64,000 nucleotides of DNA from Syntrophales bacterium (lineage in GTDB: Bacteria > Desulfobacterota > Syntrophia > Syntrophales > UBA2210). The stretch covers positions 1,472,001 through 1,536,000 of the forward strand of contig CAXXNF010000002.1 in assembly GCA_963666365.2 (NCBI GenBank), in the 5' to 3' direction. A program made the translations under genes and the position numbers. The notes under the pieces were generated by a model that was not told the DNA's origin, did no database searches, and worked only from the letters and a program-made list of their open reading frames with translations. The stretch's first letter is position 1, and the number at the start of each line of letters is the position of its first letter. Of this stretch, positions 1-8,564 are shown piece after piece.

Positions 1-85
1 AAATCTCCCGGCCCCTCTCCCCTCTCAGGGCAATTGATAGAGCGATCCCCTCTCCGGGAACGTTCCTCATAATCGGTTCTTTCAC
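1..85 (-). CDS. N-terminus of a probable alpha/beta hydrolase (runs off window edge)
   Basis: Read by hand: GTG at 85 preceded by an AAGGAGG RBS; frame open to the edge (VKEPIMRNVPGEGIALSIALRGERGREI...). Only 28 codons are visible, so the product call is tentative. Confidence 0.45.
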   Translation of the reverse strand, partial: MKEPIMRNVPGEGIALSIALRGERGREI

Positions 86-196
86 AGCGCCTCCTTCCAT
101 TATCAGCAGAAAAAGCAGCACCACTATCTCAAGAAACCCACGCCAGCCAATCCTGAATACACCGGGATGCCCCGTCTCCTCATGGCTCAGCAGCCA

Positions 197-709
197 CTAT
201 GCGCTCATATCGCCGTTTCCTGCATTATCCTGACAGGCCTTCTCCTTCTTGCGCTCTTCGAGCCGCATCTTTCTTCTGGCGACTGCCTCCCGGTTGCGGC
301 GAATTTCTTCTTCCGTTTCGAGGATCAGCGGAGGTATTTCCCTGGGCTTTCCCCCCCGATCGAGGGCCACCATGGTCAGGTAGGCCGATGCGGTATGATG
401 GACGTCTCCGGTCACCAGGTTCTCCGATTCCACGCGCACACCCACCTCCATGGAGGTGTTCCCCACCATATTCAGCCCTGCCCTAAGCGTGAGAAGATCA
501 CCGATGAACACGGGATAATGGAAATCAAGGCGGTCAATCGATGCCGTGACCACATTTGCCTTGGCGTGTCGCACGCCCACTGCGCCGGCGGCCGTATCGA
601 TCAGCCTCATGATAACGCCGCCGTGGACGTTACCGGCGGGATTGGCATCGTGGGGATTCATCATCTGCGCCATCACGACGCTGCTGTCGCTTACTCGCTT
701 CCCTTTCAT
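197..709 (-). CDS. Acyl-CoA thioesterase (HotDog fold, YciA-like)
   Basis: Motifs PHDANPAGNVHGGVIMRLID and VVTASIDRLDFHYPVFIGD. Confidence 0.92.
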   Translation of the reverse strand: MKGKRVSDSSVVMAQMMNPHDANPAGNVHGGVIMRLIDTAAGAVGVRHAKANVVTASIDRLDFHYPVFIGDLLTLRAGLNMVGNTSMEVGVRVESENLVTGDVHHTASAYLTMVALDRGGKPREIPPLILETEEEIRRNREAVARRKMRLEERKKEKACQDNAGNGDMSA

Positions 710-848
710 TGCGGCCTCCTTTGTTTACCTGCCTCAATGCAGTTCTTATATCATTTTTATTGCCCTCAGCGTCAGAAAATTTTTATTTTGACAAAAGTAC
801 CGTCATAATTTACTGAGCATACGACACATGAGGAAAGGAGGAAACAAA

Positions 849-1766
849 ATGGCAGTGCCGAAACCGAAATGGCTTGAAGCGCTCTTTCCCTGGGAACTGA
901 AGCAGCTTCAGGTGAACGGACGCACAATGTCTTATATAGACGAGGGCGATCCGGAAGGACAGCCGGTCCTTTTGCTCTCCGGCAATCCCACCTGGGGATT
1001 TCTCTACCGTGATTTTGTTCCCGTTCTGACAAAGGCAGGGTATCGCGCCATCGCCCCCGACTGGATCGGCGCCGGCTACTCCGATCATCCGCGGATCGAC
1101 AGTGCGCTCACCTTTGCGCACCACATCGCCGATCTCGTGTCCCTGCTGGATCAGCTCGACCTCAGGCGCTATGTCATCGTCGGTCAGGATTGGGGAGGCG
1201 GCCAGGGAATCGGCGCCGCCCTGCAGCGGATTGAACGCCTTGCCGCCCTCGTGATCATGAATACCCTCGCCTTCACCTATCTGGGGAAGTTTCACAGTTC
1301 CCCCTGGCCCTGGACCACCTGGCACTCGCCGCTTGTCGGCCAATATCTGCAAAAAATCGCCAAGGTGCTTTCTCATGCCGGCCCCGCCGCCATTTCCGCA
1401 CGGGGCATGACGAAGGAAGAGGCGAGGGCCTATCATCACGTCTTCGATGAAAAGGATTCGGATCACGTGGTGCTCACATGGCCCCGCACCATTCCCATGC
1501 GCAGAGGCGACAGGGGATGGCAGGACATGAAGGTCCTGGAAGACCGCGCCGGCGAACTCGCCCATGTACCGACGATTCTTCTCTGGGCGCCGGAAGACGA
1601 AGTCTTCCCTATAGAATATGCCTATAAACTGAAGGAGTATCTGCCCCACGCCGAAGGTCCCATCGAATTCACGGGGGCGCGCCATTTCCTGCAGGATGAC
1701 CGGGGCGCCGACCTGGCAGCGGCGATCGTCGAATTTCTTGACCGCCAGAAGGAGGTGCATCCATGA
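849..1766 (+). CDS. Alpha/beta hydrolase, haloalkane dehalogenase/OleB-like
   Basis: SGNPTW (variant of HGNPTW), nucleophile elbow GQDWGG, C-terminal HFLQDD. AAGGAGG RBS precedes ATG 849; the ORF track starts at 828. Confidence 0.85.
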   Translation: MAVPKPKWLEALFPWELKQLQVNGRTMSYIDEGDPEGQPVLLLSGNPTWGFLYRDFVPVLTKAGYRAIAPDWIGAGYSDHPRIDSALTFAHHIADLVSLLDQLDLRRYVIVGQDWGGGQGIGAALQRIERLAALVIMNTLAFTYLGKFHSSPWPWTTWHSPLVGQYLQKIAKVLSHAGPAAISARGMTKEEARAYHHVFDEKDSDHVVLTWPRTIPMRRGDRGWQDMKVLEDRAGELAHVPTILLWAPEDEVFPIEYAYKLKEYLPHAEGPIEFTGARHFLQDDRGADLAAAIVEFLDRQKEVHP

Positions 1767-3025
1767 ACTTCATCACACCGGATCAGGAAGAACTGCGCTA
1801 TTTGAGACCGGACCCGCTTCTCTGGGAGCAGGAACTGGATATAAAACCCAACACCGCCACGGCGCTGGAGCAAATCCTGGGGAAAAGGGCCGGCAGGTCC
1901 TATTGGCGATCGAAGCACGGCCATCTCTACGCAGTGGAGCTTGCCGACCTGGGACGGGACCGCCCCTCCATGGCCACGATTTTCGGCCACTGGGACCGTT
2001 TCGAACCGCGACCGCCGGAACATGAAATCAATCAGGATATCCTCGATTTTCTCCTCTGGTTCGCTGCAAATACAGGAGCGGCCGACCCGAAAATTGTGGA
2101 CAAACTGGCGCGCATCGGCGCTAATGCCCGTCTCCTTACCTGGCCCGAGGGATCGGTGCTGAGAACCCCGGAGGAACGCTTTCATGCTCTCCCGGACTTT
2201 CCCTACGAACCGCACTATATGGAAATCGAGGACCTTCGCATGGCCTACGTGGAATGCGGCACAGGCGACCCGATTCTGATGCTTCACGGGGAACCGACCT
2301 GGGGATTTCTTTATCGCAGAATGATGCCCGCCCTGTCGAAACTGGGAAAAACCGTGGTTCCCGACCTGATCGGATTTGGCCGTTCCGACAAGCCAACGCT
2401 GACCAACGCCTACACCTACAAGTCCCATGTCAGGTGGATGCGCCGGTTTATCGAGCTGCTGGATCTGACCAACATCACGCTTGTCTGCCAGGACTGGGGA
2501 GGATCGATCGGGCTGCGGGTACTTTCTGAAATTCCGGAACGGTTCAAGGCCCTTGTGGCCATGAATACGGGAATTACCCCGGGAGTAATGTCGCATCAGG
2601 CCTTTGACAGCTGGCGCTTTTTCTCCCAGCGGGCCTGGGAATTGGACCTTCCCGCACTGATGAAGCTGACGCTCCAGAAGCGGACACTGACCGATGCGGA
2701 GGCGGCAGCCTATGCGGCCCCCTTCCCTTCCCGCGAATACCAGACCTGCGCCCTTCTGTTTCCGCGCCTGGTACCGATCAGGCCGGATCAACCTGGTGCA
2801 TACGATAACCGCCGTGCCATCGAAGCATTGAAAACGCTTGAGCTGCCCGTGTTTCTTCTCTGGGGAGGCGCCGATGCCATCACCAGGCCCAGCGAGTCCT
2901 ATTTGAGAACAATATTCAGGAATGTGGCGCCTCCGAAAGCGATAGAGGGAGCGGGGCACTTCATACAGGAAGAGGCAGGCGAAGAGGCGGCGGAGCATAT
3001 CGCCGCCTGGATGCACACACTGTAG
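1763..3025 (+). CDS. Haloalkane dehalogenase-family hydrolase with ~130-aa unknown N-terminal extension
   Basis: LRTPEERF, HGEPTW, PDLIGFGRSDKP, CQDWGG, GHFIQEE. ATGA overlap with the upstream gene. Confidence 0.88.
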   Translation: MNFITPDQEELRYLRPDPLLWEQELDIKPNTATALEQILGKRAGRSYWRSKHGHLYAVELADLGRDRPSMATIFGHWDRFEPRPPEHEINQDILDFLLWFAANTGAADPKIVDKLARIGANARLLTWPEGSVLRTPEERFHALPDFPYEPHYMEIEDLRMAYVECGTGDPILMLHGEPTWGFLYRRMMPALSKLGKTVVPDLIGFGRSDKPTLTNAYTYKSHVRWMRRFIELLDLTNITLVCQDWGGSIGLRVLSEIPERFKALVAMNTGITPGVMSHQAFDSWRFFSQRAWELDLPALMKLTLQKRTLTDAEAAAYAAPFPSREYQTCALLFPRLVPIRPDQPGAYDNRRAIEALKTLELPVFLLWGGADAITRPSESYLRTIFRNVAPPKAIEGAGHFIQEEAGEEAAEHIAAWMHTL

Positions 3026-3051
3026 CCATTTGCAGATAAGGAACGATACCC

Positions 3052-3402
3052 ATGCATGAACTTCCCATCACTGAAAGCATATTGAACATCGTCCTGAAGC
3101 ATGCCCGGGCGAACGGAGTGAGCAAAATCGTGACGGTCCATCTGCAGGTTGGCAAGCTCAGCGACCTTGAAGACGAATGGATTCAGCGCTACTTCGACTA
3201 CCTCAGCAAGGGCACTCAGGCCGAGGGGGCACAGCTCAAGATAGAACGGACACCGGTGGTGGTGCGCTGCATCGCCTGCGAGGAGTCCTATGAGGCGGAT
3301 GTACACAACCTCAAGGATCTGACCTGCCCCTCCTGCGGAGAAAAAGGCGTGACGCTGGTGTCGGGACGGGAGTATTATATAAAGAACATGGAGGTGCTGT
3401 AA
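3052..3402 (+). CDS. hypA: Nickel metallochaperone HypA
   Basis: N-terminal MHE, two CxxC motifs (CIAC, CPSC), C-terminal SGRE. Confidence 0.95.
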   Translation: MHELPITESILNIVLKHARANGVSKIVTVHLQVGKLSDLEDEWIQRYFDYLSKGTQAEGAQLKIERTPVVVRCIACEESYEADVHNLKDLTCPSCGEKGVTLVSGREYYIKNMEVL

Positions 3403-4070
3403 TGGACGAGATCAGACTTATAGAGGTGAAAGAAGATATCCTCTCCGACAACAATGCAAAGGCCGAAGAGGTGCGCACCCGGCTTCAGGCTGCCGAGACG
3501 ATGCTTCTCAATCTGATGTCATCGCCCGGCTCTGGAAAGACAAGCCTGATCCTTCGCACTCTTGAAGGCCTGCAAGAGGCACTAACGATCGGGGTGATCG
3601 AAGCCGATATCGATTCCGTAGTTGACGCGGAAAAGGTGTCCGCCCGGGGGGTTCCCGCGATTCAGCTTCGCACGGGAGGATTCTGCCATCTTGACGCCAC
3701 CATGGTCACCCAGGGCCTCGATGCCATGGAACCCGAAAAATTCGATCTTCTCATCATCGAGAACGTGGGGAACCTCGTCTGTCCGGCGGAATTCGACACG
3801 GGCGCCCACAGAAACGTCATGATCCTGAGCGTTCCCGAGGGAGACGACAAGCCCCTCAAATACCCCCTCATGTTTACCATCTGCGACTGCCTGCTTGTCA
3901 ATAAGATAGACTATCTCTCCCTGAGCGACTTCGATATGGCCGCATTGAAGGAACGCGTCCTCGCCCTCAATCCGGACATAACGATTATAGAAATCTCCTG
4001 CAAAACCGGCGAGGGGATCGACAGATGGACAGGATGGTTGAAGCAGGAAGTGGCCGACTTTAGAAAATGA
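3402..4070 (+). CDS. hypB: Nickel incorporation GTPase HypB
   Basis: SSPGSGKT P-loop, CHLDA, ENVGNLVCPAEFDTG, EGDDKPLKYP, NKID. TAATG overlap with hypA. Confidence 0.95.
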   Translation: MDEIRLIEVKEDILSDNNAKAEEVRTRLQAAETMLLNLMSSPGSGKTSLILRTLEGLQEALTIGVIEADIDSVVDAEKVSARGVPAIQLRTGGFCHLDATMVTQGLDAMEPEKFDLLIIENVGNLVCPAEFDTGAHRNVMILSVPEGDDKPLKYPLMFTICDCLLVNKIDYLSLSDFDMAALKERVLALNPDITIIEISCKTGEGIDRWTGWLKQEVADFRK

Positions 4071-4135
4071 CGGGTTCGCCAAAAGTCCATATGCAGCCTG
4101 AGGCCTTTACAGAACCTCATAAAACCATCAATTTT

Positions 4136-4219
4136 GTCATACCGGCAGATCCCGGATCAAGTCCGGGAGGTATCCAGTCTTTCAATTACTTTCTGGATTC
4201 CGGCATACGCCGGAATGAC
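4136..4219. repeat. REP-like palindromic element between convergent genes
   Basis: GTCATACCGGC...TCCAG...CTGGATTCCGGCATACGCCGGAATGAC with nested inverted repeats, including CCCGGATCAAGTCCGGG. Confidence 0.7.
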
Positions 4220-4246
4220 GGCGCTGTCTCCGGGAATCCGGGTTTC

Positions 4247-4660
4247 TCAGGTTGTCAGCGTTTCCTCAATCAGATCCTCATTGGAAATTCCGGACGAAAA
4301 GTGCCACTGAGCGATCTTCCACTCACCATGCTCCTTCCGAAAGACGGCAGTCAACCGGACCGGAATTTCCGAGCCGTCGGGCGTTTTGACCGAGGGGCGA
4401 CCCGCTATCCAACCGATCGAACCTTCACTATAGGCGAGGGGAGTGTCCGCCAGAATCTGAAATCCTCCCGTTTCACTCAATTGGGCATTGAAGGCCCCCA
4501 TAATCACGGAATAACCGGGCCACCATTCCGCCGGGTCACTGCCAATCGCCAGCACACCGTCCTCTTGCGAAAACTGCTGTTCAAAGAAAGAATAATCGCC
4601 CTTTGATATGGCCTCGCAGATTTTAAAGTAAAGTTCTTTCAGCTCTGTCGATTGTTCCAT
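4247..4660 (-). CDS. NTF2/SnoaL-like family protein
   Basis: IGSDPAEWW and C-terminal VRLTAVFRKEHGEWKIAQWHFS; GAGGAG RBS. Confidence 0.8.
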   Translation of the reverse strand: MEQSTELKELYFKICEAISKGDYSFFEQQFSQEDGVLAIGSDPAEWWPGYSVIMGAFNAQLSETGGFQILADTPLAYSEGSIGWIAGRPSVKTPDGSEIPVRLTAVFRKEHGEWKIAQWHFSSGISNEDLIEETLTT

Positions 4661-4686
4661 TGTAAGTTTCTCCTCAAGTGGATCTA

Positions 4687-5802
4687 TTACAACATTCCCA
4701 TTCTCATCAAATCTTCCACGTTGACATGCTTCGATTCATCGATGCGCTGCCCCTCGCGAATCCGCTCCAGAAGAAATTCCTTCTGCTCGGGAAACTGATA
4801 CCCCTCGTAATCCTGGGTAAAGAGCAGCCCGCCCCGCTGATCCCGCCAGGAGTTCATGGCGTGGTCGAAGCAGACCTTGGAGGTTACCTCGAGGCCCCGG
4901 ATCATCACCTCCAGTTCTTCGAGACGCTCTCTCGGTGAGGAAAGGTGCAACTTCCCCTCTGCGTAATCCCTGTAGATAGGCGTTCCGGGATGGGGCACGA
5001 AGGGACGGGAGCGTATGTAGCTTGGGTTGATGGCGGACAGCACCCGGGCCGTATTCTCGGCATGCTGACGCCAGCGTTCCCGTCCTCCCAGATCGGGCAT
5101 CCAGTATTCGGACAGTTGAAATCCCGCCGCCATTGCCTTCTGCCCCCCTTCGATCTGCTCGGCGCCGGTCACCCCTTTTCGCACGATCGCAAGAAGTTCG
5201 TCATCACCCGTTTCAAGTCCCACATGGAGGCGATCGAGACCGGCCGTTCGTATGGCCTTCAGATCCTCGAGCTTTCTCTGGGCAAGGGTCTTCGAGCGGG
5301 CATAGGTGGTCACCCGGGTAAGCGACGGCAGCTGTTCACGGAGATAGGCGAGGACTTCGATAAATTCAGGGGGGCGCATGATAATGCTGTTGGCGTCCTG
5401 GAGAAAGGCCGTTCGCCCGCCTGAGTAGATCCAGTTGAACACCCCCGCAAAGCAGTAGTTGCTGTCCAGCGACGAATCGGCTTGCAGAACCGCCATTGCC
5501 ACGTCTCGCGTAATTTTTCCGCTCAAGCCCAGCTTCCAGGAAATCGCCGTAAGCTCATCTTTAATTGCCTTTACCGCGTCGATATCGGCCTTGATATCCT
5601 CCACCGGCCGGTAGACGAATTTTTCATTTTTGTACATGCTGCAGAAGGTGCACTTGTTCCAGGGACAATTTTCGGTAAACCTGAGAAGCAGGGAAAAACT
5701 CCCCCCTTCGCTGGGCGGACGGTACATCCCCACCTTGTACGAAAGCGACCTCAGTCTCCCGATGCGCTCTCCCATTTCATTACTGCCTACAATAAACGCC
5801 AT
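4687..5802 (-). CDS. Radical SAM protein
   Basis: YRPPSE, CPWNKCTFC (CxxxCxxC), GLETGDDE. The start may be 5778. Confidence 0.9.
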   Translation of the reverse strand: MAFIVGSNEMGERIGRLRSLSYKVGMYRPPSEGGSFSLLLRFTENCPWNKCTFCSMYKNEKFVYRPVEDIKADIDAVKAIKDELTAISWKLGLSGKITRDVAMAVLQADSSLDSNYCFAGVFNWIYSGGRTAFLQDANSIIMRPPEFIEVLAYLREQLPSLTRVTTYARSKTLAQRKLEDLKAIRTAGLDRLHVGLETGDDELLAIVRKGVTGAEQIEGGQKAMAAGFQLSEYWMPDLGGRERWRQHAENTARVLSAINPSYIRSRPFVPHPGTPIYRDYAEGKLHLSSPRERLEELEVMIRGLEVTSKVCFDHAMNSWRDQRGGLLFTQDYEGYQFPEQKEFLLERIREGQRIDESKHVNVEDLMRMGML

Positions 5803-5876
5803 GAATCACTACCCTCTCGTGTAATTGTTTCTAATCTAATATCGAACCGCCTCTTTGTCAAAAGTTCACGGACAGA

Positions 5877-7295
5877 CTATCGCCCGCAGTACCTCTGAAA
5901 ATGGGCAAGCGCACGGATCGCCCGTTCAAAGGACGGATAAGCGGGAATTCCTGCACGGCAGAAGCGGCTTCGAAGGGCAGACCCCTGGGCATTCAGCTCG
6001 GCATCACCACCATCATAATCTATGGTACATACTGTCGGTTTTTTTCTCCTGTGCGTCCTGATGAACTCGGAAATCTGCGGCACGGTATCGGGGATTTCAG
6101 GACTGTGAAAGGCGATGCGGGGAATGAGACGATCGACGATCACCATGTGAATGCCGGGATCGCGATAGGCGATATCCAGAAGTTCGCAGAGCCGGTCCGC
6201 ATTGGTAAAGGACTCCCAGAAATCGAGCGGGTTTCCGGCAATGCTTCCCGCTACGGGCACAATAGGCCGGATCTTTTTCATGCTCTCATCCGCAAGCGCG
6301 GGAACAGCCAGGCCATCGTGTACGGCGAGATCGGAAAATATCACACTGTTCCCCCCGCCGCCGCCTATTATGAAGAGTCCCGTGCCTTCGGTTCGGGGAA
6401 GACAGGAAAAGGCCACGATCGCATCGGCCCACTCGTCTATGGTGGATACAGGCGTCACTCCCGTCTGGGCAAAGAAGGCATTCCATAGCTTCAGATCGCC
6501 CGCCATACCCCCCGTGTGCGAGGCCGCCGTCGACGCCCCTTCTCTGGATTGGCCCCCCTTCAGAAGCACGATGGGCTTTCGCGGTACGATATCCCCGGCG
6601 AGCCGCATCAGACGCCTTCCATCGCGCACGCTTTCCAGGTACATGGCGATGAGCTCTATGTCATCATCGTCCCCCATGAACTTCAGGTATTCGGGACTGT
6701 CGAGCACGGTCGCATTGCCGATACTGGCCGCCTTGCTGACCCCCACACCGAGCGATGTCACAAACTCGGTGAGGCGCTGCGTGATTCCCCCGCTTTGTGA
6801 GATAATGCCAAGCCTCCCGTCGAGCCCCGGCGTGGCCCCCCAGGCGGTAAGCCCCGTCGAGGGGCAGTAGGGTCCCATGCAATTCGGTCCCATAATGAGC
6901 AGGTTTCCTTCCCGTGCAATGGCGGCGATCTCTTCTTCGAGCCTTCTTCCCTCCTCCGTGCCGATCTCCGAAAATCCCGCCGTAAGGATATGGACAAACC
7001 TGATAGAGAGCCGGCAGCATTCTTTCAGCACGGCGGGGACACGCGCCGCCTTGACACTGACGACGACAAGCTCGGGGACCTCCGGCAGCGATGTCAGATC
7101 GGGGTAAACCCTGATGCCCAGCACCTCCGTCATCTTCGGGTGTATCGGGTACAGAGCACCCCTGTAGCCCCACTCAAGAAAGCGGCGCAGAAAGCTCAAT
7201 CCCCCCAGGGCGGCACCTTCGCGGGATACGCCGACAATCGCGATACCTTTCGGCTTGAAAAAACCGGTCAGATCGGCACTGTATTCCTGTTCCAT
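5877..7295 (-). CDS. CoA-binding protein, acyl-CoA synthetase (ADP-forming) alpha-subunit-like
   Basis: FFKPKGIAIVGVS, GPNCMG, SQSGG, ASHTG (phospho-His), NPLD. Confidence 0.88.
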   Translation of the reverse strand: MEQEYSADLTGFFKPKGIAIVGVSREGAALGGLSFLRRFLEWGYRGALYPIHPKMTEVLGIRVYPDLTSLPEVPELVVVSVKAARVPAVLKECCRLSIRFVHILTAGFSEIGTEEGRRLEEEIAAIAREGNLLIMGPNCMGPYCPSTGLTAWGATPGLDGRLGIISQSGGITQRLTEFVTSLGVGVSKAASIGNATVLDSPEYLKFMGDDDDIELIAMYLESVRDGRRLMRLAGDIVPRKPIVLLKGGQSREGASTAASHTGGMAGDLKLWNAFFAQTGVTPVSTIDEWADAIVAFSCLPRTEGTGLFIIGGGGGNSVIFSDLAVHDGLAVPALADESMKKIRPIVPVAGSIAGNPLDFWESFTNADRLCELLDIAYRDPGIHMVIVDRLIPRIAFHSPEIPDTVPQISEFIRTHRRKKPTVCTIDYDGGDAELNAQGSALRSRFCRAGIPAYPSFERAIRALAHFQRYCGR

Positions 7296-7502
7296 CCTGT
7301 TTCGTCCCTTTCCGTCCGCTGAAGCGGCGACCCTTCAATGACATCTGCCGACACTGTCCATGCCGTACAAACAAAGTAAAAACGCTTTGCATCACACGAA
7401 AGTAGGCGTACTATAGGAGAAAGCATTCCGGCTGTCAACCAAAAGACAGGAGGAAGCAGCGTGAAGAATTTTGATCTTTTCCATTTCATGCATATATTAT
7501 TT

Positions 7503-7646
7503 ACCAAACAGACCAAAAGGACCAAACAGACCAGACAGACCAAAAGGACCAAACAGACCAAACAGACCAAACAGACCAGACAGACCAAAAGGACCAAACA
7601 GACCAAACAGACCAGATAGACCAAAAGGACCAAAAGGACCAAACGG
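7503..7646 (+). repeat. 9-bp tandem repeat, 16 units, directly upstream of the cbbQ-like RBS
   Basis: Units counted: ACCAAACAG, ACCAAAAGG, ACCAGACAG, ACCAGATAG. The last unit runs into GGAGGAG. Confidence 0.95.
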
Positions 7647-7657
7647 AGGAGTAGTCA

Positions 7658-8488
7658 ATGGCGGCACGCAAAAAAACAAAAAAACTTGAAAGCAGTGATT
7701 TCACCATCGCAAAGGAGCCTTTTTACCTGCCGCAGGCCAATGAAATCGCACTCTTTGAAACGGCCTATGCCAATAAACTGCCCGTACTGCTCAACGGCCC
7801 CACGGGAAGCGGAAAGACGCGACTGGTAGAACACATGACATGGCGGCTCGGGCTTTCACTCTATACCGTTGCCTGTCACGACGACCTGAGCGCCAATGAC
7901 CTGACGGGACGGTATATCATCAAAGGGGATGAGGTTGAGTGGATCGACGGACCCCTCCTGATGGCCGTCCGTGACGGCGGGATCGCCTACCTCGACGAAG
8001 TGGTGGAAGCCCGCAAGGATGTCACCGTGGTGATCCACCCCCTGACGGACCACCGGCGCTATCTGCCCGTGGAAAAGCGGGGGAAAATATTCCGTGCGCC
8101 CGAGGAGTTCATGCTGGTCATCAGTTATAACCCGAACTACCAGAGCGTGCTGAAAGAGCTGAAGCCCAGCACCAGGCAGCGCTTCGTGTCGATCAATCTG
8201 GGATGGCCCGTGGAAGCGCTTGAAATAAAGATTGTGAGCCAGGAGGCGGGGGTCGATGAGGAAACGTCTACACGGCTGGTAAAGGCGGCGAACAGAATAC
8301 GCAACCTTGTTCATCAGGGCCTTGAAGAAGGGGTGTCCACCAGGGAACTTGTTTATGCCGGTATGCTCATACGAAGCGGCCTCACCCCGGGAGACTCCTT
8401 GCGCGCCACCATGATCGAGCCGCTCACCTATGACAGCGACCTCAAGAAAAGCATCGAAGAGGTGCTGAAAAACTACTTCAGCTTTTGA
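7658..8488 (+). CDS. CbbQ/NirQ/NorQ-family MoxR AAA+ ATPase
   Basis: GPTGSGKT, CHDDLSANDLTGR, YLDEVVEARKD, HPLTDHRR, ISYNP, LKPSTRQRF, EEGVSTRELVYAG. Confidence 0.95.
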   Translation: MAARKKTKKLESSDFTIAKEPFYLPQANEIALFETAYANKLPVLLNGPTGSGKTRLVEHMTWRLGLSLYTVACHDDLSANDLTGRYIIKGDEVEWIDGPLLMAVRDGGIAYLDEVVEARKDVTVVIHPLTDHRRYLPVEKRGKIFRAPEEFMLVISYNPNYQSVLKELKPSTRQRFVSINLGWPVEALEIKIVSQEAGVDEETSTRLVKAANRIRNLVHQGLEEGVSTRELVYAGMLIRSGLTPGDSLRATMIEPLTYDSDLKKSIEEVLKNYFSF

Positions 8489-8547
8489 ACCTTGAACATA
8501 GAACCTTGAACGTAGAACATAGAACATAGAACGTAGAACGTAGAACG
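8485..8547 (+). repeat. 7-bp tandem repeat T(A/T)GAAC(A/C/G), 9 units
   Basis: TTGAACC TTGAACA TAGAACC TTGAACG TAGAACA TAGAACA TAGAACG x3; overlaps the cbbQ-like stop codon. Confidence 0.9.
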
Positions 8548-8564
8548 CAGTACAGGTTTTTGAA

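Noticed and set aside
4067..4606. 179-aa plus-strand ORF after hypB
   Set aside because: It runs through a palindromic repeat and antisense to the NTF2-like gene, and has no recognisable domain.
7503..7646. Possible CRISPR array
   Set aside because: Contiguous 9-bp units with no unique spacers, and no cas genes. The same applies to the other tandem repeats.
7268..7707. Low-complexity ORFs (LVCLVCL, PNRPKG, WSVWSF)
   Set aside because: They are translations of the 9-bp tandem repeat, which has no stops in most frames; nothing supports them as proteins.
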